A stretch of 64,000 nucleotides of DNA from Geosiphon pyriformis uo1 (GCA_016748015.1 JAAOMT010000470.1:62001-126000), one strand, 5' to 3'. Counted from the first letter of the stretch, positions 12,780-25,700 are shown. Program-made: numbers and translations. The notes: generated by a model not told the origin, from the sequence alone.

Positions 12780-15167
12780 GGTACCACAGATGGCAGGTAT
12801 TTTGATATATTGTCTTTAGTATGAAATCTTCAATTCTTGGATTTCCCAGTCTAAATTTGCATTGGCCTTAAGAAGCTAATTATTTCTGACTAAAGCTTGG
12901 TATTAGGGTGTATCCATGACTAAAACTTTGACTGGAATGGTGATTCCATCAATGGTGAATGGAAAATTGTCAATTTCTTCTACTGGTGTCTTTTTTATAC
13001 CATCTGCTGTAACAATTACAGTTTGGGCTGGTCTGTCAACAGTTCTTTGAAGCTGTTGTATTAACTGATAGGTGATAATACTTTTAGCTGATCTATTGTC
13101 TAAGATTAACCGAATTGGTTTTCCTTCAACTTCAGCTTTAGTATACATTGCTGTAATTGCTTTTTGTTCATTAACTGCTGCATTGCTAAGCAAGAATGGT
13201 GATTCATTGGCTTCAAATTCGAATGGGAAGATATCTGAAAGGTTGGCATTCTGGAGAATCTGGGCCAGTAAAATAGTATTGTTGGAAGAATTTGATCTTA
13301 GTGCTGTAACTTCACTTTTAGAAAGTACAGATTGTTGAAAATCTGATCCTTCAGGTATTGTAAGATAATTGGGTTGAGTGTAATAGTGATTGGGTTTTTG
13401 CTGACCAGAATTTCGGAGAACCAATTGGTTATTTGAATTGATTTTGTTGTTATTATTCTGAAATTGATTTTGGGGTGTGAATTAGTTATATTGAACTGAT
13501 TTTCTGACTGCTACTTAATATTATTGAGTGAATGGTATCTGATATTGCTGCATTGGTAAAGGTTGCTGATATTGTTGCTGCATTGGTTGTGGAGCTGGTT
13601 AATAATAACCATTTTAATTTTGTGGTCTTGGTGAATAATAAGTTGGTAGTAGAGGTTGGTAATAAGATTGTTGTAGTGAAGAGTAACGTAGATTATTCCT
13701 GTTTTGTTGGTCTCTTTGCAATTTCCTGCAATTTCGTTTCCAGTGTTCTGAGATTCCACAATAATGACAATTTTAAGGTTGGTTGTTAGATGGTGATCCA
13801 AAGCTGTTTTGGTTATGTTGTTGTGGAAGTTGGTTTGTAAAGTAGCTTTCAACCTTTTTTGTAAGTTAGTCTATCTTTTTTTCAGCTGTTAAACTGGTTT
13901 CTCTAATGGCTAGGTTGACAAGTTTGGTGTAGTTTGTTTCTTCTATTGCTATTTTATAGTTCTTTGCATGTTTAATGGCAGTTGCTAAGTCTGCTGATGC
14001 ATGTAAACAGACTTTTTTAATCAATTTGTCTTTTAATCTTGCTATGAACTGATTCAAAATCTGGGCATCAGAATAGTAATTATTGGTTTCTAATTGTCAA
14101 ATTCATTGAAGAAGTTTGTTAAATCTTCCAAAATAGGTTATAACAGTTTCAGATGTTTCTTGTTTGATATTGCAAAAGCAATTGCAAAGAGTGATAGAGA
14201 TGTTATTATCAGTGAATTGTTGTAAGAAAACATCTTTGAATGCTTGCCAGTTTTCAAATAGTTCTCCTAAGTTTTCAAACCATTCTTCTGCAGTTCCTTG
14301 GAGAAAATATGGAATTGCTTTGAGCATTCTTGCTGTATTCCAACTATTTGTATCTCCTGCTTTCTGAACTTTGTTAAACCATTCTTGAGGGCTGATATCA
14401 TTGTCTTCACCAGTAAATTCTGGGATTTTTGCAATATAAGCAGTTGCCATTTCTTCTTCATTTTCTGCAGTTTTTTTTTGTTCTGATTCTGTTTCTTCAC
14501 TTTCCAAGTTTTTTGAATAATTACTTTCGTTTTCTTGTAAGTATTCAATAATATTGGTGCTTGTTAATATGGGTTCCTGCTGTTGAGTAGAATTTTTAAG
14601 TGACTGAAAATCTTCTGGTCTGGAAAAATGGTTGAATGATAAATTTGGTGTTTGTAGTTAAGCAAGTGAAATTGGAAATGGTGTAATAAAAAGTGGTAAT
14701 TTGATATTGGTTCCTTGTTCAGGTGTTTGTAAGTGTTTGGTAGTTGTTTTTGGTAGTATTGGAGTATTTGGAGTAGTTCTTAAGTATTGTTTCACTTTTT
14801 GTTTGTCTTTGTTGCTTCTTTCTGTTTCTGATTTAAAGTCAAGAGAGTATTTGGGCTGTACTGAGTATTTTTTTTCACAATACTCAATAATGTTAAAATT
14901 AAGTTCTTGGAAGTAAGTAGCAAGTGTTTTACTGTTCAGGTCTTTTGTTTTCAGTTGTGAATAGTGCACTAAATTATTGTAGAGATTGTTTCTGACTTCT
15001 GAAATGTTGTAGTTTCCAAAAAGATAGTTGTTAATGTGATTTTCAATGTATTGGTATAGTGATTTCTTGAAAATTTCAATTCCGTCTTGGATGTTAAATT
15101 TTTGCTTGCAGTGAGTGTAGATTGATTGATAATACTCTAGAGTTGTTGTGTCTGGTGTGGTCGCCAC
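12780..15167 (-). pseudogene. Gypsy-A gag (long N-terminal extension, capsid, zinc knuckle) and aspartic protease
   Basis: Capsid-like 'IPEFTGEDNDISPQEWFNKVQKAGDTNSW...IPYFLQGTAEEWFENL'. Knuckle 'CHYCGISEHWKRNC' ~13730-13770. Protease 'LILDNRSAKSII' (decayed DSG). Confidence 0.85.
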
Positions 15168-15194
15168 TTTGAAGTTGTTATTGCTGTGTTATTT

Positions 15195-15210
15195 CTGTGG
15201 GAAAGCACCA
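15195..15210 (-). promoter_or_regulatory. Gypsy-A tRNA primer-binding site (TGGTGCTTTCCCACAG)
   Basis: Starts with TGG, 2 nt downstream of the 5' LTR end, and resembles the Gypsy-B PBS. The tRNA is not determined. Confidence 0.8.
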
Positions 15211-15212
15211 AA

Positions 15213-16157
15213 TGTTACTAGAGGTTTTTGGTCTCTTTTCTTGAATGTTGTAAATGTTGATTTGCTGTGAATTTACGTTTTCAGGAAGTAGTTGAACCTC
15301 CAGTAACTGAATTTATCTTCAAATTATCTCCTATAATTTGAACTGCTAGGCTTATAAGTAGAATGGCCAATTCCTTGCCAGTTACTTTATGTAGTTACAT
15401 TGTAGTAAATATTAACTCTTTCTCAGGAATTGTTCATTTGAAAGCTTACTAAAAATGTGTAGTACTTTGCTGTAAAAGTCAACTCTTTTACAGGAATCTT
15501 GTCTGTAGGCTGCCCTAATAATTGTAATAAGAAAATAAAATAAAAATAAAAAAAATATAAAAAAAATAAAATTTTATTAAGGGAAACGTTTTCTATCCAG
15601 ACCTGGAGTCACTAACAGACTATTGAAATTGGTAGCTAATCAATTTCAAAATGTTAGTTGTGTTGAGGGAGTTTCAAGTGGAATAATTTAAGGATTTGTT
15701 TTTCAAATATTTAATTTTTATTTGAATGTGTAAAAGATGATTTGTTTTAATTAAGATATCTAAAATAAAGTATTATGATAAGATACTATGAAAAGATACA
15801 TTTTTTTGAAGAGAAAAGCTCTTCTTTTATACAACTTGTTGTAGTACTAGTTTTTGAACTTGCACTTTTCTCTTTGCTACAATTTGGGTAAACTAAAGAT
15901 ATATTTTGGTGAACTACAAGTTATTTCACTGAACTATTAATTATTTTGGCAAAATTTTCATTAATTTCAGCAAATTTTGATTATGTTAAATGGTTCAGAG
16001 TATTGTGTAATTTAATTATCTTAATTTTTAGAATACAAATCGGATTATTGATTAAATAATAAATGATAATCGAAATAATAATAATATATGCTAATTAATA
16101 ATAGAAATTATAAAGATAATTTCATGCTAATTAATAGCTAAAATTCTACTGATAACA
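15213..16157 (-). repeat. Gypsy-A 5' LTR (945 bp)
   Basis: TG...CA termini with short inverted ends. 16157-15516 matches 7290-6624, and 15495-15213 matches 21678-21961. Followed by TT and the PBS. Confidence 0.92.
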
Positions 16158-16218
16158 ACGACTATCTCTGATTGGCTAATTTGTATGCTAATATATTTCC
16201 TATATTTTATTAGTAACA
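16158..16218 (-). repeat. First ~60 bp of the Gypsy-B 5' LTR
   Basis: Minus strand TGTTACTAATAAAATATAGG...CCAATCAGAGATAG matches the start of the 3' LTR at 28475-28531. Confidence 0.9.
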
Positions 16219-19200
16219 ATGACAAACTGAATAATAAATATCATAAACAAAATGTCTGGAATTGTCAGAAACAACACTACCATTAGCCATTATAAAGCAT
16301 TTACTCAAGCGAGAAAGAAAATATTAATTAGAAAAATAAGCATCATCAGCAATTGCATTAGTGCACTTATTCTCTAAAATACCAGAGTAATCTTTAACCT
16401 TATGCCAGCTGACTTTCTGATTCTTACTGTGAATAACATTGACAATATGACAATGTTTGACTCAACACTAATTACAAAAGTTGGGACACACCAGACCCAA
16501 TTCTGACCTACAGGCATCCAAAACAGATTAACTATCCAAAAACAATTTAACAAAGCTCAGTAAAGAGATACTCTCCAGAGCCAGTACAATAGCCTACAAT
16601 TCTGCAAAAGTAGATGACATCAAACCTGACATACCAATACCCAAACCCAAATCAATGTCTTTGAAAAAAGTGGCAGTACCAGCTCTACAGCCAACTGTGT
16701 CCAGACCATTAAGAAATCCATCTGTATATACTGACAAACTGTCAGTACCAACTTGTGAGAAACAATCACAAACAGAAACAAAATTACAAGATTCAAAAAT
16801 GTTCAAAAAACCAACACCATTCAAAACTGAGGGATGAGTAAAAGAGTAATTTCTACCATTAAGAAACACAACAGAAAGCTTGAATCATTCAAGAATAGAG
16901 CCACAGGGGTCTAATCTCTTTCAATGCTTGAAGGTGTGCCAATCAGAAACAGAACCATGACAATCACAAAGTTGATCCACAAAGACAATACCATACTGTC
17001 AGAAAAAAGAGAAAAACCTAAGAAACCGTAACTTGCCAAGAACAGTAGACATAGAGACCCCACTACGAAACTAAAAAAAATTGGCCAAAGAGCCACCCAA
17101 GAATAAATTGCAATCAAGAAAAATGTGAATCATGCCCATTAGAAAGTTATTAGAAGCATTAACATGAATACAAACAGGAAAACTCAATAGATAAACAGGG
17201 CATTAGCACAAAACTTGTAAGTTATGAGATCTGTAAAAGAACAAACAATCCAGAATACCACCAGAGTTTGCAAAACTAACAAGAGAGGCCACTTTGCTTT
17301 CAGACTAAACTTGAAAAAAAAACTTCAAACCATAAAAGAAAGGGTGATGAATTGTATCACTAAGAAAATTAAGAGATAGGCCGAATTTAAACTTTAAGCC
17401 CTTATGAATCAAAGCATTCCACTTTTTGCACATACCAATGGAAACAAAGCTAAACTGCATTCTATAACTAACTATAAGATAAAGAACTGCCAATACCAAA
17501 TATAAGAACTGCTTATCTGAGACAGCTTTTTTTAAAACCAGATTGATAAAAAAACAAACATCCAAATTTGCCTTCACCAAACTAGGCTTTGATAGACCCT
17601 CAGTTGAGAGAAAATACCTAAATATTAATGAAATTCACTCTTTTTAGCAATAGAAATTGGCAAGCCACTGATAAAAGAGAAGGATTGCTGACTCTGCTAT
17701 TGATAAGAATGACCACTGTTTTGTTATTATTGATAGAAATGTTATTTATCTAAAAAAATTCATTAATAATATCAAAAATATGTTGAGTAGGTGCCTAATT
17801 ACTACCAACCCAAATTGTATCATCAACAAAAACACCAGCAGCAAAAAAAAAAGAAAGTCCAGCCTGGGACTCAGCACGACCATTTCTTGAAATAAAATGA
17901 GAACTTAATTTATAACCACATATGCTTTTCTGTCTCTTGACTTTACATAGCAGAAGATCATAAAATATACACCACAGAAAAAAAGAAAAGACCTCCTCTT
18001 AGTTCAAATCATTATGCACACAATAACCATCCATTAATCTAAAGTCTGTCATTACCCTGTTGGTACAATTTTTATAAATACCATTAAAAAACTGAATGAA
18101 CTTGTCACACATCTTGATTCTAACCAAACTTTTTTTGAGATGTTCCCAGCTGACTGAATTGTATGCTTTCTGCATATTCTGCAAAACCAGCCAGAGCTCC
18201 CAATTTTTTTCTAATGTATCCTCAACCACTAATCCAATTGCAAAAATAGAAGACTAAGTCATTGTACTTTTCAAAACCAAAAAATTGTCCCCATAAAGAA
18301 TGTCGAAAGTACTGCATGCCAAAGAGATCCTATCAGAAAGAATCTTGGAAAGAATTTTATAAGTTGTCTTGATTAAAGCAATAGGGTGGATATTTATGAG
18401 AACACCCTTCCACTCATATGGTTTAGGAATTATTGAAACTCAAGCTTTTTTCCAAAATCCAGGCACTGATTCACAAGATAGACAAAAATTCAAAAGCACC
18501 AAAAGCATATCCAGAATTGATTTGTTACAATGTTTCCAAAGCTCATTTGTGATACCCAAAAGACCAGCAGCTTTGCCATTAGGCAGATTGAAAATCACAT
18601 CAAGCAGTTCACTAAACTCAACTGAATACATTACACCAGAAAAAATCTCATCAAAAACATAATCTAACGGCCAATATTGTTAAGGCTAAACATCAGAGAC
18701 ATTAGCAATCACATCATGCTTCCTGGTCCAATCTTTCATAATAATGTCTACCTTAAACTTAACTAAATCAGGCTCCAAAATAAGCTCATCATTAACAACC
18801 AGATAGTTTAGAACCACTTTGCCAAAAGAACACTCCTAATATTATGACTTTTATTTGTTTCAAAGCTTTCCATTTTCTTATCTATAGCAGCTTTAATGTT
18901 TGCTTCCTTAGCTGTCAGAGATTCAGCAAACTTGGACACATGATAAGATTTCCTTATGTCAAAGAGAACAGAATAAACATGATTAGAAATCACACCAGAG
19001 TTAATGAGATTCTAAACAACTGAGGCCTTGATATTGTCCAAAAAGTCTCAGCACTTTATAAGGGAAACAAAACTAACAACACTTCTCTTATAAGAGGCCT
19101 TAACAATTTTCAAAACCAAAAGCTCCAACTTATAAAACTTTGAAGAAACTTTGGTAAAAACACTATCAAAATTCTTGAATCATTTCTTTCTAAATATTTC

Positions 19201-20124
19201 ATTTGCCAAAAAAGTCATTATTCTGCATAAAACATCCCACATGGCATTCAGATCTGAAAACTTGACAGCAGCAGTGAACTTGTCAGAGAACATTCCAGCA
19301 TTGACCAACATGGCATTTTTAAAATTTTCTCACTTATTGTCATCAGCACTCTTGAAATTAAACTTCCAACAATCCTTATTAATCTGTTTATAAAAAGAGT
19401 TTAACTGCACATCCAGCAAACCATCCAGACCCACCAACACAGAAATGGCTTGGTAATTAGTGTTAAAGTACTCACTAACATCCATAACACTGCATTCTAA
19501 AACTGCATTGACCAAATTAAAAGAAACCAATACATAATCAATTGTTTTTTTTACATCCCTTGAATTCTCCCACATGAGAACTTTTACTACCAAACTACCA
19601 AGCAGAGAATTGACTAGTCCCAGATCAAGACACCTTTTAAAACTAGTACATTTATGCAAACCGTCTTCATTGAAATTTCTATTAAGAATGATAAAAAAAA
19701 ATTTATTTACAGCCTTTGCAATGAAAGAGTTGATTTCACTAATCTGAAAGAACCAAATTACTAAAGAAACACCAGCATATAGCCCCAAAATTGACATAGA
19801 AAGTTTATTTTTAAAAAGCAACTTAATAGACAGGAGCTGACCAAGTACCTCAGAAACTTTGCACACATGTTGTGCTAGAGAAATGTTCATAATAATCACG
19901 ACACCAAAGCCCATATGACCAGAATTCAAACCAGAAGTAAAAACTCAGACACCACTAAACTTATTCATAATTCAAAGACAAATCTTGTCTTTTAACTTAG
20001 TTTCAGTAATAATAGAGATCAAATTGTTCATATCCTTATGCCAACAAATGATATTATTTTGTTTTGCAAGATTGTTCATTCCCCTAACATTATAGGTAGC
20101 AACTTTCCAAACTAAATTACTTAT
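16219..20124 (-). pseudogene. LINE ORF2: AP endonuclease, reverse transcriptase, RNase H
   Basis: APE: 'VATYNVRGMN', 'ITETKL', 'TIDYVLVS'. RT: 'GKAAGLLGITNELWK', 'LQNMQKAYNSVSW', 'GVFVDDTIW' (~17810-17840). RNase H: 'VYTDG', 'STFAEL*AI', 'WHKVKDYSG'. Confidence 0.9.
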
Positions 20125-21677
20125 TAAAAAGGAGAAGGAGCTAATGAATCCAAACTAGAACACAAAAAGTCTAATCTTGTCAATACCAAATCAACCAAAA
20201 CTTTCAGAGCCATTATTTTCGATTTCAAACCACCCACTTTGGTGGTAAGAATCTTTGAATTGCTTAAACTTAGTTTAGGGCCAGTATTTCCAACCACCAG
20301 AGGAGAAAGAGAAGGAAGCACTACCATGCTATCCACAACTATATCTGAATTCAGAGCCAAATTTGAAGAAGAGGCAACAATTGAAAAGAGAACACAAGAT
20401 AGAAATGACAATAGTACCAATTCCACAAAGCTCAATTTTCTTAAAATCTTAGAGATTTGATCTGATAAAAGCTCCACAGAGTGCTCTAAAGAAGTCATGT
20501 AGTCAGCCAAACCAGAATTATTAAGAGGGTTAGAGGCCATCACCAAGAGTTTTGCACCTAAAAATAAACCAACACCAAAAAAAGCTGACAAGGCCACATG
20601 AAAAAGAGAACCACCTGCAATTTGAGCCCAAGTTTTTTCACCAAAAAAAACTGGGTAAGCAACTGGAGCCTGTTTTTTTTTTATAAATATTAGCTAAACA
20701 GACTTGATCCTGAAAAGATATCATTTGCTTACAATGAACCCCATAGTTTCTACCAACCAAACACACATCAGAAACATAACCAAATTGTTTACAGTTGGCA
20801 CAACAAGCCAAAGAAAGACCAGCCCAACACAAATTCACACTCTTATAAACTGGAACAGAACTAACAGCAGCCAATTTGGATGCTACATCAGCAAAACACA
20901 CTACTATACATCTGTCATGCACATATAAACTGGGATTATGGCCAATGAAACAAGTTTTCTTATCATATGATTCCAACAAACCAAAAAGATTATGTGCCAT
21001 AGTACTTATTAACAAAGTGTACAACAAAGTCCGATGGCAATCCCTTACTATCCACAATTCTTTGTCATTCATTGCCAATGCAACATAAACAAAATTTTTA
21101 CTCATGAGAACTAATCATTTGGAAACAACTGATCTAGCCACATCTGATGACTCAAATTCTATTAAAGCTTTTTGCCAAAGCCCAATCAGTTGTATTCTAA
21201 TCAAAATCACCTGGCCAAATTTAGAAAACACTAACACAATCACTGATTTGGAAAGATCTACTGGGATCTTCTTGACTATTACTTTCTGATCTAAACAGCT
21301 ATTTACTTTTCTTAGATCATTATTAACAATAATTTTCTCACAGATTGCCAATTTCTTTGTCTTATTTATACTAAACTCAGATATAAATAAAGCTCTGATA
21401 ATTTCTGGAAATTTTGAGGAAGTTGATGCTCTCTTCAAAACCATTAATTCAATAGAAGATTTTTTTGATTGCAATTAACTTATCATTATTTGTTTTTTTA
21501 GGCACAGTAGACAACTCAATATTTAATGTGAATGATTTGACTAACTTGAAGCTATGTTTCTCCAGAACACGTGACCTAACAGGTGGCAGCTGATTGAAAC
21601 CAATGAACTTTAGAGAAAGAAGACTTAGCACACTCTTATTATCACTCATAGTGTCAAACATTGAAGCCTTCAGAAGG
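20124..21677 (-). pseudogene. LINE ORF1 remainder (RRM-like domain and CCHC knuckle)
   Basis: VIVKKIPVDLSKSVIVLVFSKFGQVILIRIQ...ALIEFES is RRM-like. CANCKQFGYVSDVC is CX2CX4HX4C with H changed to Y. Several stops and frameshifts. Confidence 0.75.
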
Positions 21678-21961
21678 TCCTATAGAAGAGTTGACTATTA
21701 CAGCAAAGTAACTATACATTTTTAGTGAGCTTCCAAACAAGCAATTCCTGGAAAAGAGTTGACATTTATTACAACGTAACTACATAAAGTAACTGGCAAA
21801 AAATTGGCCATTCTACTTATAAGCCCAGCAGTTCAAATTATAGGAGATAATTTGAAGATACATTCAGTTACTGGAGGTCCAATTACTTCCTGAAAACGTA
21901 AATTCACAGCAAATTAACATTTACAACATTCAAAAAAAGAGACCAAAAACCTTTGATAACA
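21678..21961 (+). repeat. Gypsy-A 3' LTR, distal part (opposite orientation)
   Basis: Reverse-complement match to 15213-15495. Ends GATAACA, followed by CTGT (TSD copy). Confidence 0.9.
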
Positions 21962-22720
21962 CTGTAGTAAATGTGGAATTCCAAGATTTCTTTCATAAAG
22001 ATTTACAGAATTCCAGAAATTTCAGGATTCTCGTACAAAGAATTACAAGATTCCAGAATTCCAGAATTTTTGTTGTGAAAAATTGAGAAATTGAGAAATC
22101 TTAATTATGTATATATAGCAGTAGTACTAGAAAGAGAAAAGACAGAATCTTTTAGTTAAAGACCTTTCTATTTAAATGTAAATCTAAACAACCTTCTACA
22201 TCACAAATATCAAATAAATAATTATTCAATATCTCAAATTCACTCTCCACTATTAACATTTTATATTGATAATAATTAATACTTAACCACACTGGAACAA
22301 TAGCTCTTGATCATGGCTATTAATGGGATACTAACTATTATTGCCTTGGCTTATTCTTTATTTTTCTTTCTTTTCTTTATTTTTTTATTTTTTTATTTCT
22401 TTTGTTTATTAACTTGATTAAAGGATTCACACGTGGAGGTACTGACATCAGAATATAGTGACTGGTAAAAAACCCAAAAATAAGGGTAGAACACTCAATT
22501 AAGGATAGCTTACCAAGAGAAATACTGGCCATTATGCTGAGAAAAAAATTGACAAAACTGTGGTTTCGGGAAGCAATGGATAACACAATTATTAAATTTC
22601 TGTTCATTATATAAAGAACTCTACACCAAAACCTTCAGATATCAACTCCAAAAATACTAATTAAGTATCAAGTTATGGGTTTGTTATTTGACTTGAGATC
22701 CCAAATAATTACTTATAACA
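21962..22720 (+). repeat. Gypsy-B 5' LTR, main part
   Basis: Direct repeat of 28532-29306; ends ATAACA, followed by TT and the PBS. Confidence 0.93.
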
Positions 22721-25700
22721 TTTGGTGCTCTCTGTGAAGTATAATCTTACAGAGAACCAGCACCAACAATCCCATCCAAACAGTGGCAGAATCTGAAAAA
22801 ATAAGAACAAACCATTTAAGATTTGCGAAATCCTTATTCTAACATTATCACATTCATTTTGGATTAACAAATAATAGTTGGCCAACAGAATTAGCTTTCA
22901 ATTGTTACGTTAATGAAAGAATAGTATATTACTTGAAAGGCCAAGGAGATCCAGAATCCGCCTTCAACAATTTCTTCAGTAAATTGCTCCAAAGTACCAC
23001 TCTTCTACAAAACTATCTATTTGCACCCTTAATTACAGAAATAAACCAAGAAATTGAAAAATACACCAAACAGAGATTTTCTATCACTTTTGCTGATAAA
23101 GAAAAAGGAAGGTTACAAACACTAACAGGAACACCAAAGCAAATCTAACTACTCACTTGAAAGAAACAAAGATTTGATTCATCTGTTAACCCATTATATT
23201 ATCACACACCCAAAAGCACTATCAATATAATAAGCACAACTACAACAAACACAACAATACCACTAAACAGAATTTTATTCCAAAGTAAACAAAAGAAAGC
23301 AAAGTTATTAGGAACATATGGCAATTATTTTGAGGGATTTAAATTGCTATCAGAAATTTAATTACCACTACCACAACCAGACTTCGGAGCCATTAGTCTT
23401 TGGAAAATAACTGACTCCAAAGAAGAGGAAAGCAGTGATTAAGAATTTAATAAGCAAAACCTGATTCTAGAAAATTCAGAAATTAAACCTCTGGTTAATC
23501 AAACTCCGGAAAATCAGAACAATCAAAACCCTGATGCAATTAATTAACAACACTTACCTCCAATAATCATGATCAATCTACTACCAGTTCCACCAATTGC
23601 CAAACAACAACAACAGTTACAACCACTATCCCAACAACAAATCCAGCAGCAACCACAACAACAATCAATGGCCTATGCTTCAATTGCCAAAATAAAAAAA
23701 TTTACTGGCAAAGAAGACGATGCCCAAGTATAACTCAATAATGTAGAAAAAGCCATTGCAGCCAATGGATAGAACAATGACAGAGCCCTTCAAAAAATTC
23801 TCTATTTTCTACAGAATACTGCTGACTCATGATATTAGAATTTACCCACTAAACCTCAAATATTCCAAGAATTTAAAATTGCATTTTTAGGATATTTCAG
23901 TAATAATAACAGTATTAATTGCCTGGCTAATGTTTTTACTACAATCAAACAAAGAGAAACTGAAGCAGTTACCACTTACTTGGGACACTTTTATAGGAAT
24001 TTGCGCCAAATTCAAGCAATTTAAGCTGATTATTTTACAGCACTACAGATCCTAAACCAGTTCATTCATGGACTACATAGTAGCCTTCTTCAATGTGTAT
24101 GCCCAATGCACCCACAAATTTTTCAGGATGCAGTCACCAATGTGAGAGATTTTGAATAAGCAGAACTTAAAGCAAATTATGCTCAAGCCATTAACTTAGT
24201 TATGAATAGATCATCTAACTTGGATTCCAAATTAAAACAACTCAGTGATTCAATTAATCAGAAATTAGAAGGATACTTAGCTAACAATCACACAATTTAT
24301 CAACCACTACAATGATGCAATAACTCAGGAAACACAAATCATTTCCAAAATCAGTTACATCTATTATCATTATTATTATTATTATCTTCAAATTAGCTAT
24401 GGCAACAAGAGACATGTGTCTGTCATAACTGTAGTAAACAAGACCACATTAAAGCCAACTGCCAATTTTATAGTAATCACTCATGATCGAGAAATCAATA
24501 TTGAAATCCCAATTGCCGGTTTCAAGCTCCGAATTATCAACTCAACTCAACACTATATCAACCAAATTACTAATCTATGACACAACAGCCAATCTATTAA
24601 TTACCAATTTATCAGCCAACAAACCTCATCATTTATCAACTGCAGTCCTAACCCATCTATCAGTTACAGCCTTAAGTAATCTATCAACCCCAACAAATTT
24701 AAACACCACTTCAAAACTTACCTTAAAATAGAACTCACAGGCCGAGAATGACACAGCAAAACCAGAGATTGGCAATAGTAGTTCACCAACTGATTCCCAG
24801 TTCATCCAACCAACCTTTGGGATCACACCAGCAGAGTTCAGAAACTGGATATAACCAAAACTCAAGTTCCCAGAACTATTTAAGTCTTTTAGTTACTCCA
24901 GAAGACATCTCTTCCAACAACTTGGAAACAAACCAGAAAAATCTTACTAGCAACATCCCACCAGCTACCATTACCAATGACAAATTACTCACAGCTATTT
25001 TCTCATTCAAATTTGAAGAACCATTATCCATGCTGTTGTTTAATAGAGCTGCACTTGAAGAAAAACCAATCACAACCATGTATACTAATGCTAAAATTGA
25101 TGGCCATTTCATTAAACTGATCTTAGACAGTAGATCAGCTGACAGCATTATTACAAAACAGCTCATGGACCAATTAAATTACTGAGTTGATCGAGCTGCC
25201 AGTGCAAAAATAATTACAGCTGATGAAGCCACTAAGACTTCAATTGGTGAAATAAATAACCTTCTTATAGAAATCAACAGCATCATAATACCAATTAAAG
25301 TTCTAGTAATAGAAACCACTCAATATCAAGCTTTAGTTAGTAATAACTGGCTATCCAAAACCAATGCAACACTTGACTGGACCACTTAAGAGCTGTAAAT
25401 AAATCAGAATGGTCAATACACACAAGTACTAGCAACTTGTAGCCACTTCAAACCCAGCAATGTCATGTCAACACCACTAATTGATGTTAAGAAAAAAAAG
25501 CCGAAACCAATATGAGAAGCATATCAAGTATCGTGGACTGATAACGACTACAATGAACTGTTACTAATACTATCCTGAGATGATAATGGGAAAGAAAAAC
25601 AAAAAGAAAAACTTACCTGAAGTACCAACCAAACCTTGTGGGCTAACAACAACTATCAAAAATTACCACAAACTTGGGAATAGAAAAAGAACAACAAAGA

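Larger units (their letters stand above)
6624..16157 (-). mobile_element. Gypsy-A: complete dUTPase-bearing Ty3/gypsy LTR retrotransposon (distal part of 3' LTR displaced to 21678-21961)
   Basis: 5' LTR 16157-15213 (TGTTA...GTAACA), PBS, gag-pol, ORF3, PPT AAGAAGGAGA just upstream of the 3' LTR starting TGTTAC at 7290. All frames are broken. Confidence 0.93.

Noticed and set aside
15213-15492. 280-bp TGT...ACA unit as an independent solo LTR or TRIM
   Set aside because: It is the distal part of the Gypsy-A LTR, and the internal TGT start is fortuitous.
6620-16161. Apparent simple LTR element 6624-16157 with ~650-bp LTRs and TSD ACAA/ACGA
   Set aside because: The real LTR is 945 bp and ends at the PBS (15213). 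The two flanks belong to different elements, so the near-match is coincidental and the inversion explains the junctions.
21677-21680. GGAC inverted duplication suggesting an integrase-mediated inversion
   Set aside because: TCC at 21678-21680 belongs to the LTR, and the LINE rejoins in frame without any duplication or filler.
21973-22100. CRISPR-like array
   Set aside because: Units are 8-10 bp, degenerate, lack unique spacers and lie within a eukaryotic LTR.
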